Shown here: positions 27,440 to 41,664 of the stretch, piece after piece
How positions within the stretch are numbered: the stretch's first letter is position 1
Layout of the letters: each line of letters opens with the position of its first letter
DNA from: Eledone cirrhosa
Lineage: Eukaryota
DNA: 64,000 nucleotides
NCBI GenBank assembly: GCA_964016885.1
Contig: OZ024743.1
Span: forward strand, 268,708,001-268,772,000
Reading direction: 5' to 3'
Program-made: the position numbers and the translations under genes
The notes under the pieces: model-generated
What the model saw: only the letters and a program-made list of their open reading frames with translations
What the model was told of the DNA's origin: nothing
The model's database searches: none

Positions 27440-27985
27440 TATGTATGTGTGTGTATATGCCTGGGGTGTCATGGGGGGCTTGTACCTCTGTAGAGGGAGG
27501 GGGGCTAGCCGTGCCTTTTCAGGACAGCTCGTCCTGCATTGGGTCCCTCCTGACACTCAGCTCTCACCTGTGGCTCCAAGAAGCTGTAGCATGCCGAACT
27601 AGGTTGAGGGTAGGCGGACGGGTCTGAAACCCCCCGGTGACTTAGATAGGGATGCCTGTCCCTGCATGCAAAGACTGGGCCCGGCGGAGTGGGTGGAGGA
27701 GGACAACATCGTCCCAACAATCACGAAGGCGGCGACAGCAAGCGGTGTGGAGCGCTAGGGCACGGCAAGGCACTACAGACGTCGTGGCCATCCACTGCAA
27801 CCAAGGAAGTCCCTGGTCGTGACAGTCCTCCGTACCACCGGATTCTGGCTTCTGTGGCCGAGTGAGTGGGACCGTCACTGTGCACTGGCCAACCCACTAT
27901 AAACCTTTCTCGCACAGGTTTCTTCTTTAGCGTGCACTCCCAAAGCCCTGCGGCGATCAAGATGTCATCATCGTTTACCATGGAT
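27440..27985. mobile_element. GC-rich TE fragment, possibly a LINE 5' region
   Basis: Sharp GC-rich island between microsatellites; no diagnostic protein motif. Confidence 0.35.
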
Positions 27986-28014
27986 AACCAAGAGAGACCC
28001 ACACACATACACAA

Positions 28015-28800
<786 letters not shown>

Positions 28801-29294
28801 TAGAATAATCGAGTATCGAAAAATCGGCGCACGAGTTCACGATAAACAAAATTCGATATGAGCGGCAGAGGGCTCAATAATTCAGATAAATCAGAGCTAT
28901 AACTATCGTTAAAATACCGTCACACATAGAACAAGTCTATAATCAACCGTACGACCGAAAAATTTCGATCTGGAAGATTCGGGACATTCAGAAAAAATAT
29001 CAATAAATCAATAAATCAAATGAATGTAAAAAGCATACCCGGACCCGCTAGAAAGATGGTAAATCTAGCTTCTTGGGTTTCTGTAAATCCTTAAACTACC
29101 CTCTATCAGCTCACATAAAAATATATGAGACTTCTCGAAGCCAGCGGACGGGAAATTTACTTCCTCAACGAGCCTTTGTCCGAACGAATGAAAAGGCATA
29201 ACCCAGGCTGAAGAAACGCACATGTAATTCAGCAAGGGAGATAACCTCTACATCCGCAAAAAATATTCGGGAAAATGTGGAAATACACATATCG

Positions 29295-29358
<64 letters not shown>

Positions 29359-29471
29359 TATATATATATATGTATATGGTGTATATATATATATATATAT
29401 GGTATATATATATATATATATGGTATATATATATATATATATATATATATGGTATATATATATATATATAT

Positions 29472-29514
<43 letters not shown>

Positions 29515-29517
<3 letters not shown>

Positions 29518-30300
29518 GAAGGAAATGTGGTAAGGAACCAGGTGGACCATAACGCACCAAAGTACTCAATACTTAGGGTAGTAGAGTGGGTAATAGGAAC
29601 GAGTAGGACCCCGACGGCTGAGCTCAAGCCGTTTCGACGGCTAATTCTGGACTAAATGAAAATGTTTATCCTGGTATTTGAATAGCCGAGCTTCTCAAGG
29701 GGTAATTCCATATATGGTCAAAGTGATTGTCACAAGGATTGGTCAAAAGTTTATTGTTGAGATATAATAATTCTATGATGGCAATTTGTGGAGGGAAGGC
29801 GTAGCTAAACCTGCCAGTAGGAGAAAGAGGGAGAGGGGGTGGAGGATACCCAGTTTTTACCCCTTATTGTTCTACTTATTGTTTCGACTTCCTCCCCCTC
29901 CCCCTCCCTGGTATCTTCTTTGACCTCATGCCCAGCTGTAGTCGGCACTATGAACGCATGATTGGGTCTCCTCCACCCCCTCTCCCTCTTTCTCCTACTG
30001 GCAGGTTTAGCTACCCCTTCCCTCCACAAATTGCCATCATAGAATTATTATGTCTCAACAATAAACTTTTGACCAATCCTTGTGACAATCACTTTGACCA
30101 TATATGGAATTACCTCTTGAGAAGCTCGGCTATTCAAATACCAGGATAAAAAATTTCATTTAGTCCAGAATTAGCCGTCGAAACGGCTTGAGCTCAGCCG
30201 TCGGGGTCCTACTCGTTCCTATTACCCACTCTACTACCCTAAGTATTGAGTACTTTGGTGCGTTATGGTCCACCTGGTTCCTTACCACATTTCCTTCGTT
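29515..30300. mobile_element. Large fold-back element, family C (~338-bp arms, ~110-nt loop)
   Basis: 29515-29852 is a near-perfect reverse complement of 29963-30300; (TA)n both sides. Confidence 0.95.
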
Positions 30301-30301
30301 G

Positions 30302-30343
<42 letters not shown>

Positions 30344-30374
30344 TGGTATATATATATATATATATATATATATG

Positions 30375-30414
<40 letters not shown>

Positions 30415-30436
30415 TATATATATATATATATATATA

Positions 30437-30492
<56 letters not shown>

Positions 30493-30530
30493 TATATATA
30501 TATATATGGTATATATATATATATATATGG

Positions 30531-30562
<32 letters not shown>

Positions 30563-31758
30563 TAATTTAGTATATCTACTAACATATGCGTGCAGATGTA
30601 CGCTAATGCCAGCAAATACACAGGTTATGTCATAGTACCTAGGTGGTTCAATGCAGGAGGATGCAGAACAATAATATAAAAGACGTAAAATAAGAAAATT
30701 AAAAATAAAAATTTTTTTAAACTAACTTACTTACTAAAATTTCACTCCAACTAATTAGTTTCTGCAATGGGATAAAGACAGTTACGTAATAAACTGTTGA
30801 GAATTCATTGCGTCATCAGGGAGGTCTATTCTCAGCTAAGTCTCCAGGCAATGCGCGGACACTGGGGACTCATATAAAAATAATAATAATTCGGTAAATG
30901 GAACAGCTAGCGGGGACTGGATTCCATGCACTGAAAATCTCGCTGTCACTGGTCAAATGGCCGATTCTAAAGAATCAATCACGTGACACTGAGGCTAGTC
31001 GGTAGGAGTGGGATGGTAAGATGACAGAAGCCTACTAACACACCAAAAAATTATATATATATATATACATACATGACTTTGTAGCTCGATTAGAATCTTC
31101 GATGGAAACTTATGCATTGAAAGCCTACTACAAAACTATAGCTCTCACCGCAGGATCTCGTTGGAATTATCTCTTTAAGACTACATGGAGTTCTAACGAC
31201 ATTATTGACCCTACCTGGTACAGGTGGATAGAATATATATAAAAGTCTAAAATTTGTCTTAAGCCAGAAGTCTCATTTGCACGGTGCATATCCCGGTTTC
31301 ATGGCGTGAAGCGACTGAGAGTAGAAGACTCCCCACTGGACAGGACGTCAGTCCGTCGCAAGGTTAAACCTCCAGTTATTGCTGGTACTCATTTTCAGCT
31401 GAGTATACTGGAGCAACGTGAAATCGAACCCGCGACGTTATGACTATGCCACGTGCCGCCACACAGTATATATATATATATGTGTGTGCGTGTATGTGCG
31501 TGTATGTGCGTGTGTGTATGCCTATACATACACACACGCGAGCACACACACATACATATATATATTCATAAAATACAATCCTAAATACATTCAAACGAAA
31601 CTTCATCGTTTTCTTAATATATACGCTCTGCCTGTACAGGGAGTGCTCATATGAGTGACAATTCACTGAATCCCATACACTATATACATGAGTAGCGACC
31701 TGGTTAGTCAGTCTGGTCACTACTTCTGATCAGATCCGAGAATAGCCCTTAGAAGGAC

Positions 31759-32140
31759 TGTTATCGCATCACTGGTGAGGATGGACAGACGAAAGCACAA
31801 GTTGAAAAGGACGAAGCAAGGCGAGATGTTAATTCGATCAGCTATTTATTTTCACATGAAGCGACGATACAAGGTACAACGCGTGTGTGAGTGACAAAGC
31901 GTGGCAGAGTAAAGGAACAACGTTACGCTAGCTGACTGCCAAAAGTCGACTGGCGAAAGTGTTTGGGATCACTCTATTTATACAGAAATAATCGTTTGAT
32001 GTTTAGCCGTTGTGTATGCGTTTATTCTGGTGGTTTCTAAGCGCTGTTTGTTTTGTTTCACGTTGAGGTTGCTAGCTAACAGATAGATGGCGCTGTATAT
32101 TTCACAGATGTTATTTCCGGTGGCTGTACATTATCCCCCT
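31759..32140 (-). mobile_element. LTR (3' LTR with polypurine tract) of an LTR retrotransposon
   Basis: Minus strand AGGGGGATAA then TGTACA...ATAACA (31759-32130) with TATAAATA and AATAAA inside. Confidence 0.65.
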
Positions 32141-32865
32141 GCCAGATCTTTTGTACAACGAAAGAGCGAAATATCGTATAGTAATGGGCCAGTGGTGCAT
32201 TTGTCATGACAATAGCCCCAGGAGTGTCCAGCACGTTGTGAAATTTTGTGATCATCGAGTACAGGACAGAGTCGATGTAGAGATGATATGGCAAGATGTG
32301 TGTGTCAGGAAGAGAAAAAAGAAATAAACTATAAAATGACTATGATTAGATTTATGCAGGCGTGATGAATGAGCCTGTTGCAATTTGGGTTGAGCTGCCT
32401 GTGAATTGCGTGACAAAAAGTCTAACTGGGCAGTGAAGATAACCGTAATGTTTGAACTGAATGGCCGTAAGCATGCTGCCTAAAAGTAACAGTTTGCTCC
32501 GCAGCATATGACTTGAGCGAATGCATGTGGTAAAAAAATAGCGAGGCATTCTCGAGCTATTGAGTGAATGTGTACGTGAAAAAAAAAGGCCATTGTTTTG
32601 AGGATGCGATTTGTGAAATGCGTGATCAAAGTGAAAACATTTTATAGTGTAAGAGTTAGAGGGACACAAATATCTATTGCTCAGTGTATGAACCAAAAGG
32701 TGAAACAAACGTGGTTTTGTAGTGTGCATGAAAAACAGAATATGTAGACATATAACTAATTGTGTGGTATTTAAAAAAAACAGTGTGATAATTCATAATT
32801 TAGAAGTAACTCAAAACCCCAAACAATGCATATAATGATTAATAAAATTATGGTTTTTATTCTAG

Positions 32866-33400
32866 ACTAGCTGATGTACCTTGCTTCGCCCGGGTAAACA
32901 GATGATAAGAGAAGACAGGTAGAAGAGAAAATAACTGTATTTGATGTTTGTCTAGTTTACAGTATGATGCAAGACCGCTGTATGTGTGTGTGTGTGTTAC
33001 AAAAAAATAAACATTTAAAACATCTTCCAGATACACTATTTTCTTCGTTTTACCGTTCGTGCATAGTTTTTGAGGTGTTTCCACTCGTGAGCGACCTACA
33101 TGGGTAAAAAGCGATTCTCGTTTATTCAATTCTACAAATATGAAACTCTGAGCCTGAGCTTTATGTACGGTCATAGCAAAACTGGCTCTAACAGGGAACT
33201 GAAGTCTTCAGAATTTGAATGGCAGTTCGACAGAGGAAGGGATAAGAGAAATCTTGGAAATAAATGCATTTTATCCTTGATGCTTGCCTCCAAGAATAGT
33301 GACCTCTAGGAGATGGTTCATCATCCACTTGGCAGTAAAGTGCCATTGCATAGAAGTATCAGGATCACGTTCTCAAAAGGATGATGGAAGTTCCAATATT
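32866..33400 (-). mobile_element. Helitron 3' end with decayed PIF1-helicase C-terminus
   Basis: MTVHKAQAQS...F.H...SRV motif; ends in GC-rich segment + CTAGT. Confidence 0.8.
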
Positions 33401-33949
33401 TTATATTATATGTTGATATCGATATATAGATATAGATATATAGATATAGATAATTGTATATAAATGTGTGAATGTGAGTGTGTTTGTTGCTGTGTATGTG
33501 TGTTTGTGTATGTGTGTATAAACCAGCGTCCGAATCGTGTGTTTAATTCTCTGTGTATCTTATTAAGTATTTACGTGAAGATGTAAGTGTGTGTAACATA
33601 CTAAGGCGTAACGTACGTAACGAACGTGTAAACACACACACGCACACACAGACACATACAAACTCATATACAAAATGGGACGTCATCAAGGTCTGAGTTA
33701 AAAATTCTTGAGAAAGAGATAGCAGTAATGTTAAATCACCCCTAGAAGAAATCAGTGGTAGCATTTTCCTAGCTCTGATAGCTGCTAACCACCGATATCC
33801 TCCAATATCCAACGTTTTACAAGTTCTCAGATGTTCCAACTGTGATAACTTCCAAACTCTGTTAGCTTACAAACTCTAAAATATTGATAACATCCAAACT
33901 GTGCTAGCTTCCCAACTGTGGCAGCTTCCAAATTCAATACTGTCTTCAG

Positions 33950-34044
33950 GAAAAAAAAAGGATGAATTTCGTGAACTCAAAAAGAAATTGGCTACTGAAT
34001 TCCTTCTTTCAGACACTTATCGATTCTTCATGAAAAACAAAAAG
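33950..34044 (+). CDS. Putative host-gene exon (KKKDEFRELKKKLATEFLLSDTYRFFMKNKK)
   Basis: tgtcttcag acceptor, AAG|gtac donor, phase 1->0, protein-like composition. Confidence 0.6.
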
Positions 34045-34228
34045 GTACAATTTTCTAATGCTCAAAAAATATTAAACTTCAAAAATGAACCATTAAACCT
34101 GAAACAGATTTCAACTAGCGGGAATATTCAGCTATTGAGTATATATGTATATATATACTATATGTATATAGGAAAATGAATAGCGCCGACGGCAGCGCTC
34201 AAGCCGTTTCGACGGCTATTTCTGGACT

Positions 34229-34271
<43 letters not shown>

Positions 34272-34619
34272 TAACAGATTAAAGTTTAAGCAAAGAATCG
34301 CTGCTTTCACCCTTAACGGGATCTTCTGAAACTAAAGAAGTCAATCTGTGAACGCAGAAGTAAATATTTCAAAAAACGTTGCAACCGGAGGAAGACAGGA
34401 AGACGATACTTTGGTTCGTGAAACGTTCCCTGGCAAAGAACGGGACAAAAACGAAGATAATACGTCATTATTTGGAGCGGTGAAAAACAATTACACGCAA
34501 AGACAAAACCACGTTTATGGTATAAAAGAAGTCGTAGACTAATATTCTATTAGGTGGTTCATGGAGACGTTCCCTGGCAATGAACGGAAAAACGAAGATA
34601 AAACGTCATTATGTGGACC

Positions 34620-34680
34620 ACGGGGTCGATAAAATAAAGTACCAGTAATATACTGGAATATACTGCCAAAAGTAGAAACA
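34620..34680 (+). mobile_element. 5'-truncated SINE family 1 nested in the Penelope 3' UTR
   Basis: TSD ATTATGTGGACC at 34608-34619 and 34681-34692. Confidence 0.85.
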
Positions 34681-35509
34681 ATTATGTGGACCGGGGAGAA
34701 CAAGGGCACGCAAATTCAAAACCACGTAATTGGTATAACTGAAGTCGTAAACTAAAATTCTAACTAGGAAACCGAATGATTCTCGGCTTTAGAGTTAAGA
34801 ATAAAGTAAATAAAATACAGAGGTAAATGAAATTAAATAAATACATACATGCATCCATATACGTACATACACAAGCATACGCTAAAACACTCACCATAGG
34901 TATACAAATACAAGCACGTACACACAAAAAAACCCGGACGCACATACAGAACCCACGCAACGCATGTACCCGCACACATACGAATGTATACACCAAATAC
35001 ACATAAAAAGATATATAAAAAGATATATATATGTATGTGTGTGTGCGTGTATACATATAATTAAATAACCGTATATAAATAAATAAATAAATACGTATAT
35101 AACGCGCGCGCACACATACCTACATGTAAATACACATATGTTCGGAGACGTACGTCAACCAAAACACAAATTACACATATACACACACCCTACATACGTA
35201 CGAACCTGCATACTCACACAGACGCAAAACTCACGTATACATATAACCAAATGCATATGTACCAGAATATATAATATATACGCCATAACATATACAATCA
35301 AATATACGTACGAGAAAGTATACGTACCTTCACAAAACATACAGGTAATATATACATACCTATACAAATAAGTAATGGTATAAACATAACATATACGTAG
35401 CTACCACATCAAGACGTCAAATATCCGCGTATAGATTGTACTATCCGTTAGGGTATAATGTTGGGCTGTAATACAGGAAAGTTTTGTGCAATTTATGTTT
35501 ACAAGTCGA

Positions 35510-37356
35510 AATTGCCTCAGATATTTTGTTTAAGATGTGGTCTTTGGCGTAGAGTATTTCCAGGACCTCAGCGGCGCAGAAGTCACATGGTCTTTTATTT
35601 CCGTTATACGATCTAGCCCTAGCTAGGATCTCCCAGTGTAACTTATATTGGGTGTGGTTGTCTTTTAGACTCCAGATATAAGCTGAAGTGACGTCATATT
35701 CCTTCTTAAAGGGTTAAGAAAAGAATGGGTATGCATGTAGAGACGCTGCTTGAATCTATTGGCGCTTAACCCTATGTAGGCCCTACGGGACGTGGATGTT
35801 TCAACCTTACATTTGTAGACAATGTTACTAGAGAGGTATTTCCCGGATAGGGGGCAGTCAACCCGATTCCTACAATTACAGTTAGTACTAGCTACAGGGT
35901 TGCACGTGTTCCTACGGCTAGGTAGTTTAGCTAAATTTGAAGCTGTGAAGTTATGTGCAAGGTTAGGAGTCGTAGAGTAAAATATTTTAATGGTATTTCT
36001 ATTAAAAATGTTACTATATTTATGTGTAGGGGGAAAATGCTTCATAATAAGGGACAGAAAGATCTTAGCTAATGGTGTGGCCACCTCCATATTATATGGC
36101 GGGTTATACCATATAATGCGTCAGGATCTATTTTTTCTAGGTCTATTCTCGTACTCTGTATATACTACCTTATCGACAAATCCACTCCGAGCAAGAGCTT
36201 CATTGTAATATGTGGAATGGTCGTTGAAAATATTCTCGTTAATAGATAGACGGGAAAGCCTCAAAGAAACGTTTCTTACCAGGTTCTTGGTTATGCTGGC
36301 AGGATGGTTAGAATGCTTACATATGTAATTAAGCGTATCATTCGGCTTTCTCTACGGGTAGGGAAAGCCATTCGACAAATTTAGGGTAACGTTGAGGTAA
36401 TTAACGACCGAGAGGTTGACCTCAACCTGTATAGAGAGGTTGAAGCTTTTAAAGAAAGCTGTGAGTTCTTTTCTGAACCTGTCGCAAGCGCGTAGGCCGC
36501 ACTTTGTCATGGTCAAAAGACCATCATCACGGTACAAACCACCGCCCACGTTGGGGAATTCTTCCTTGATAGAGAAAAGAAGGAAAAGGCCGATAAGATC
36601 GGTAACCTCCGCAGAATCGCTGGCGCCCATACTCACGTCGAATGGGGTACTATTAGATTTTTTCATCCAAATAGTGTCGTCGAAATTAATCAACGACTTA
36701 CGGGCATTGAGGATGACATCAACTTCGAAATCCTTAACCACTGTGAGTGTTTTAGCGAAATTGCTAGCTCTAAGGAGAAGTGGTAAAGTGATGGAGGAGT
36801 AGAAATTATTGATGTCGAATTGGATAAAACGGCAATGTTCCTTGTTCCATATGCCGTTGAACCAATCAATCACCACGAAAGAATTGTTCTACAGTGCAAG
36901 AGAGGCCAAACTTCTAATTTCAGGTATAATTCTATCTAAAATCCTTTTACTAAGTCTACTTAAATCGGACTTTGTAGGGTTAATAAACCGAATAGAGGGG
37001 GTTGTTCGGGAAATTGGATTTGTGATCCTTCAGGGTAAAGTGGGGAGAAATAAGATCCAGAGGTTCATCCGGTCCAGGATGTTGAGATCAGAGGTGATTT
37101 TAAACCCAGCATCGTTGATTACATTAATGACGCTCCGATTAGTTTTATGGTAATCCTTAGTTACAGCATTATGTAGCAGTTGATGGTAAGTACTGCGCTG
37201 CACTTGATATAGATTGCCAGTTTTGTCGGAATGGACGTGCACGGCATTAGAATCTTTAATAGAACGAATTCTATTCTTCAGGTCCTGCTGGAAGGAATTG
37301 CTCCTATTCCGAAATTTGATACTCTGTATGAGTTCCAAGACATCATTTTCGAAGGG
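35510..37356 (-). pseudogene. Penelope RT/GIY-YIG ORF, frameshifted
   Basis: SDKTGNLY, FIQFDINNFYSSI, SMGA, GLYRDDGL, CNC..CPL, NIVYKC...AYIGLS..FKQR. Confidence 0.93.
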
Positions 37357-37650
37357 TAACGACCGAGAGGCTGGCCTCAACCTGTATGGAGAGCTTGAAG
37401 CGTCTAAAGAATGCTGTAAGTTCTTTTTTGAACCTGTCGCAAGCACGTGGGCTGCGAAATATTTACTTCTGCGTTCACAGATTTTTCAGTTTCAGAAGAT
37501 CCCGTTAAGGGTGAAAGCAGCGATTCTTTGCTTAAACTTTAATCTGTTATTTTAATAAATATTTGCTCTACGGTTCTTATATATTTGATATATATTTATC
37601 CTTATCGAGCCCTCTTTGGATTTTAGTCTTCAAATTTATTATTATTACTA

Positions 37651-37705
<55 letters not shown>

Positions 37706-37826
37706 AGTCTATACAATATCAAGGGTGAAGTTGCAAGATGTTCGTCGCATTGCAGAGTGAACACAATTAGTTACCTAGAGAGCGTCGCAACTCATTTCTA
37801 CAGCAGAATGAACTATATATAAATAC

Positions 37827-37903
<77 letters not shown>

Positions 37904-38156
37904 CGTGTGCGTGTGTGTGTGTGTGTGTGTATGTCTTGATTCAGCTGTAGAAATGAGTTGCGAAGTCCCTGATGCGAAGCTGTATCGGCAATTGCCTTTC
38001 CCTTGCACAGCATTGGTGGCGTGGAGAGGAGAGGCTGGCTTGCATGGGCGACAACTGGTTTTACACAAACTCACTTTGCCCAGGCTTGTGCCTTGAGGGG
38101 GAACTTTCCAGGTGCAAAAATCATGGTCATTCGTAACCAAAGGGTCCTATGATACC

Positions 38157-38199
<43 letters not shown>

Positions 38200-38593
38200 G
38201 TGCCAGTTTCTTATATATTTATCATACATTTGTTTTTATTCGTGTATACGTGCATATGTAGACATTTAGGTATACGTATTGGTGTATATATGCGCGAGAC
38301 ATGGCTTATATTTTGTTGACAGGTTTTTATACTTCTGTATTTAAATGGGTGTCGTTGGATACGTTTCGTTACGTGACGAGTACTGTATGTGAGTGTATGT
38401 TTATAGGTCTGTGTGTATGGGTATGTGTGTGCACATAAAATGATGTGGCGTCGTCCATCTCTTAGATAACTATGTCCGTGGTTTGTATAGAGGTGGAATT
38501 ATATAGGTGTGCATGTGTCCCTATAAATATATATATATATGCGAATCTCTCTCTCTCTCTCTCTTTCTCTCTATCTCCCTCTCTCTCTATATG

Positions 38594-38679
<86 letters not shown>

Positions 38680-39299
38680 TGTGTGTGTGTGTCAGTGTGT
38701 GTATATATAGATGAGGGCTGTTGTTGGTGATATAAGCTGCTTGTCTGACAGGACACAATTTATTATGGGACTAAGGTTCAAAAGCAAGAGAAAATAATAA
38801 AAAAATAACAAAAAATTAACTAGAAACAGAAAATGGCAAAAATGTACACTACGACACACATACGCACAAACATACACCAACATACATAGAAACACAAACA
38901 TACACCCAAACACACAGGCACATACAGACACACTCACGTAGACTAATCAACACCCTCGCACTCATCAAATACACAGACATACACATCAACACACACATAC
39001 ATGAAGGTCCATAAATAGGTTTTATTGTGGTTTTTGTCTTTTTTTTTGGACGGTTTAAATAAATATCTCCCAAATATGACAGCAAACGATAAAATGATGG
39101 CGAATAGGAACGCGAAAAAAATGTATGTATAGTGTATGTAGTGCATTGGTATAGAGAATTACAGAAAGGGGGTCTTATATGTTAATAAAACGCCCATAAA
39201 ATATGACAGCAATAACAACAACAACAACAACAATAACAAGAACCGTGCTGTTAAGGATAGCTGTATAAGATGTTTAAACAAACAAATATATATATATAT

Positions 39300-39384
<85 letters not shown>

Positions 39385-39427
39385 CACACGTATATATATA
39401 TATATGTGTGTATATATATATATATAC

Positions 39428-39483
<56 letters not shown>

Positions 39484-41104
39484 TTTGGTGTGCCTGTGTA
39501 TATATGCGTGTGTCTATAAATGGACATACGTATATATATTTATGTATGTATTTATGTATTTATGTCTTATATGTAGTATATCATGTGGAAATACGTAATA
39601 CGTAAAACACATAAGGCATACAGACACATATAGCCAGACAGATAGTCTTGTAGATAAACGTGATTATGTCGGGATTTTCATTGTCAACATGTATTATGGT
39701 AAAATAACTATATGAACGTCAACAAAGTCCTCATTATCATCAACATCAACTCCACCAATAACAGCATAAAACTCAATACCACCATCATTATTACAATCTT
39801 CATCATAATCAACAGCAGTGACAGCATAATCCCCGTCGACGCTATCATTACTATCGTTGTCATCATCATCATCATGACTATAAACCAGTGTGCTTTTCTA
39901 CGTAATTGCTAGACCTTCTAAAAGTAGCAGTTAAATTCTGTTCAGATCACACGTAATGAGCTGAACCTCCCTTGTTTCCGAGGATGAGTGCTCCGGTTGT
40001 TTGATCAATGGAATACTCTACACGTGAGAATGAGGTGTAAGTGTCTGAGCACTCTATAGCCACGTGGAATCTTAATGAAATCCTCCAGGAGATTAAGAAC
40101 ACTGTATGCTATAAACTGGCCCCTTGGATCGCAGTTATAACCCATTTTTGCCAACTGGGAGGCTTGGAGCAGCCTGAATTATAGAAATAAAATGCTTTCC
40201 ATCAGGACTCAACTGGAACAGACCTCAAAACATTAGAATCGTAAGCGCAACACCCTAACCACTTTGCCAGGCGCCTTCAACAAAGATCACATGAACGAAG
40301 AATTATCGAAGGGCACCTTGGGTAATGTATTCCCAGGTATGCACGAAAAGAAGGGATTATCGCGGGTGGATTTTATATTTTCCCTCATAGGTATTTCGTC
40401 ATAGGTCTGCTCAATCCGAAATGTCCTAGGGTTAACCAATATCAATAACAACAACAACATAAATAGCAATACTCTCAATAAGGTTAAAACTATATTGCTA
40501 AACATACCACCCCTGTTAACGCCACCAACGTCAACAACATACAACTATCAACACCACTAGCAACTTAAAAAATATTAACAAACAAATAACATTATAACAC
40601 CACTAACAACAAGGAGGCACAACTAAGGGGTTCGATTTGCTAGAAGCTGCAGTGAAAACTTATTCAAATCAAACACAACCATCTTTAATAAAAAGACAAA
40701 AATAAATATATAGGATGGATAATGTCAGACGAGTTTTAGAAACCATATATCGCATGAAAATGAAATGATGTTGGTACATCCTGAATGAATTTGATCATAG
40801 ATCTGTTCGTTCAGGACATATTAAGAGATAAACAGAAACAACATAAGAATAAGTCTGTGATGTGATACAGCGTTACTTAACCAGTTTAGAGAGTGTCGAA
40901 TGGTGGGACAGTGTTTTTAATGAATGGAAAATGTATCTCACTAATATCGTGTGTATGTATGTATATATGTATGTATATATGTACATATGCAGGGGCGATG
41001 GAACTAAGGGGGCCTGGGTGACACCCGCCAATAATTATATTTTTCTCCGCAAACTATCAAAACACATATCTATAAATATATGCACTACAATTTATGTACA
41101 TGTT

Positions 41105-41430
41105 TTGTAGAGGCAGATGGGAGAGATAGGTATAGATATAGAGAGGGGGAGAGTTTGGTGATAATTGATATAGAGAGGAAGGTTGGGAGAGTGAGCTGTA
41201 TAGTAAATATAGAGAGGGTGGGAGAGATTGATATTTATTGATATAGAGAAAGGAATTTGAAAAGAGTTCCGTATAGTAGATATAGAGAGGGTGAGAGATT
41301 GGGATTAATTGATATAAAGGGGAAATTGGGAGAGAGTGTTGTTTCGTTGATGTAGAGAGTATGAGTGTTTGGTAGTAATGAATAGAGTGAGAGGATTGAT
41401 AGAGATAGGTTTTGATAGATATATATTTCC
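41105..41430. repeat. Degenerate purine-rich minisatellite (left part)
   Basis: GATATAGAGAGGGGGAGAGTTTGGTG-like units; resumes at 47105. Confidence 0.85.
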
Positions 41431-41664
41431 ATTTATTTGCCACCAGGGCATAAACGATTGGGACAAATACAAAGAGGGGAGTTTACATACATTTAAAAAG
41501 ACGTGTAAAAAACATATAACAAATTAAATTTAACAATCGATGTCCTCAATAGGGAGGGGCGTTGACATGGGTCGCATACACCCCCGAAAAGATGTGCAAC
41601 ACTCCTCTTCAGGAGCACAAAGAGCGGGTGCTTCCTTCCTCTTCTCATTCTTCTCCTCTCTCAC

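Larger units (their letters stand above)
34262..37655 (-). mobile_element. Penelope-like retroelement: 3' pLTR, decayed RT + GIY-YIG ORF, inverted pLTR at the 5' end
   Basis: Family D pLTR on - at 34262-34800 and on + at 37456-37655; (TA)n at both ends. Confidence 0.9.

Noticed and set aside
29515-30300. Classical MITE/TIR transposon interpretation
   Set aside because: Other copies of the family have different axes and asymmetric arms; not fully excluded because a TA TSD would be invisible
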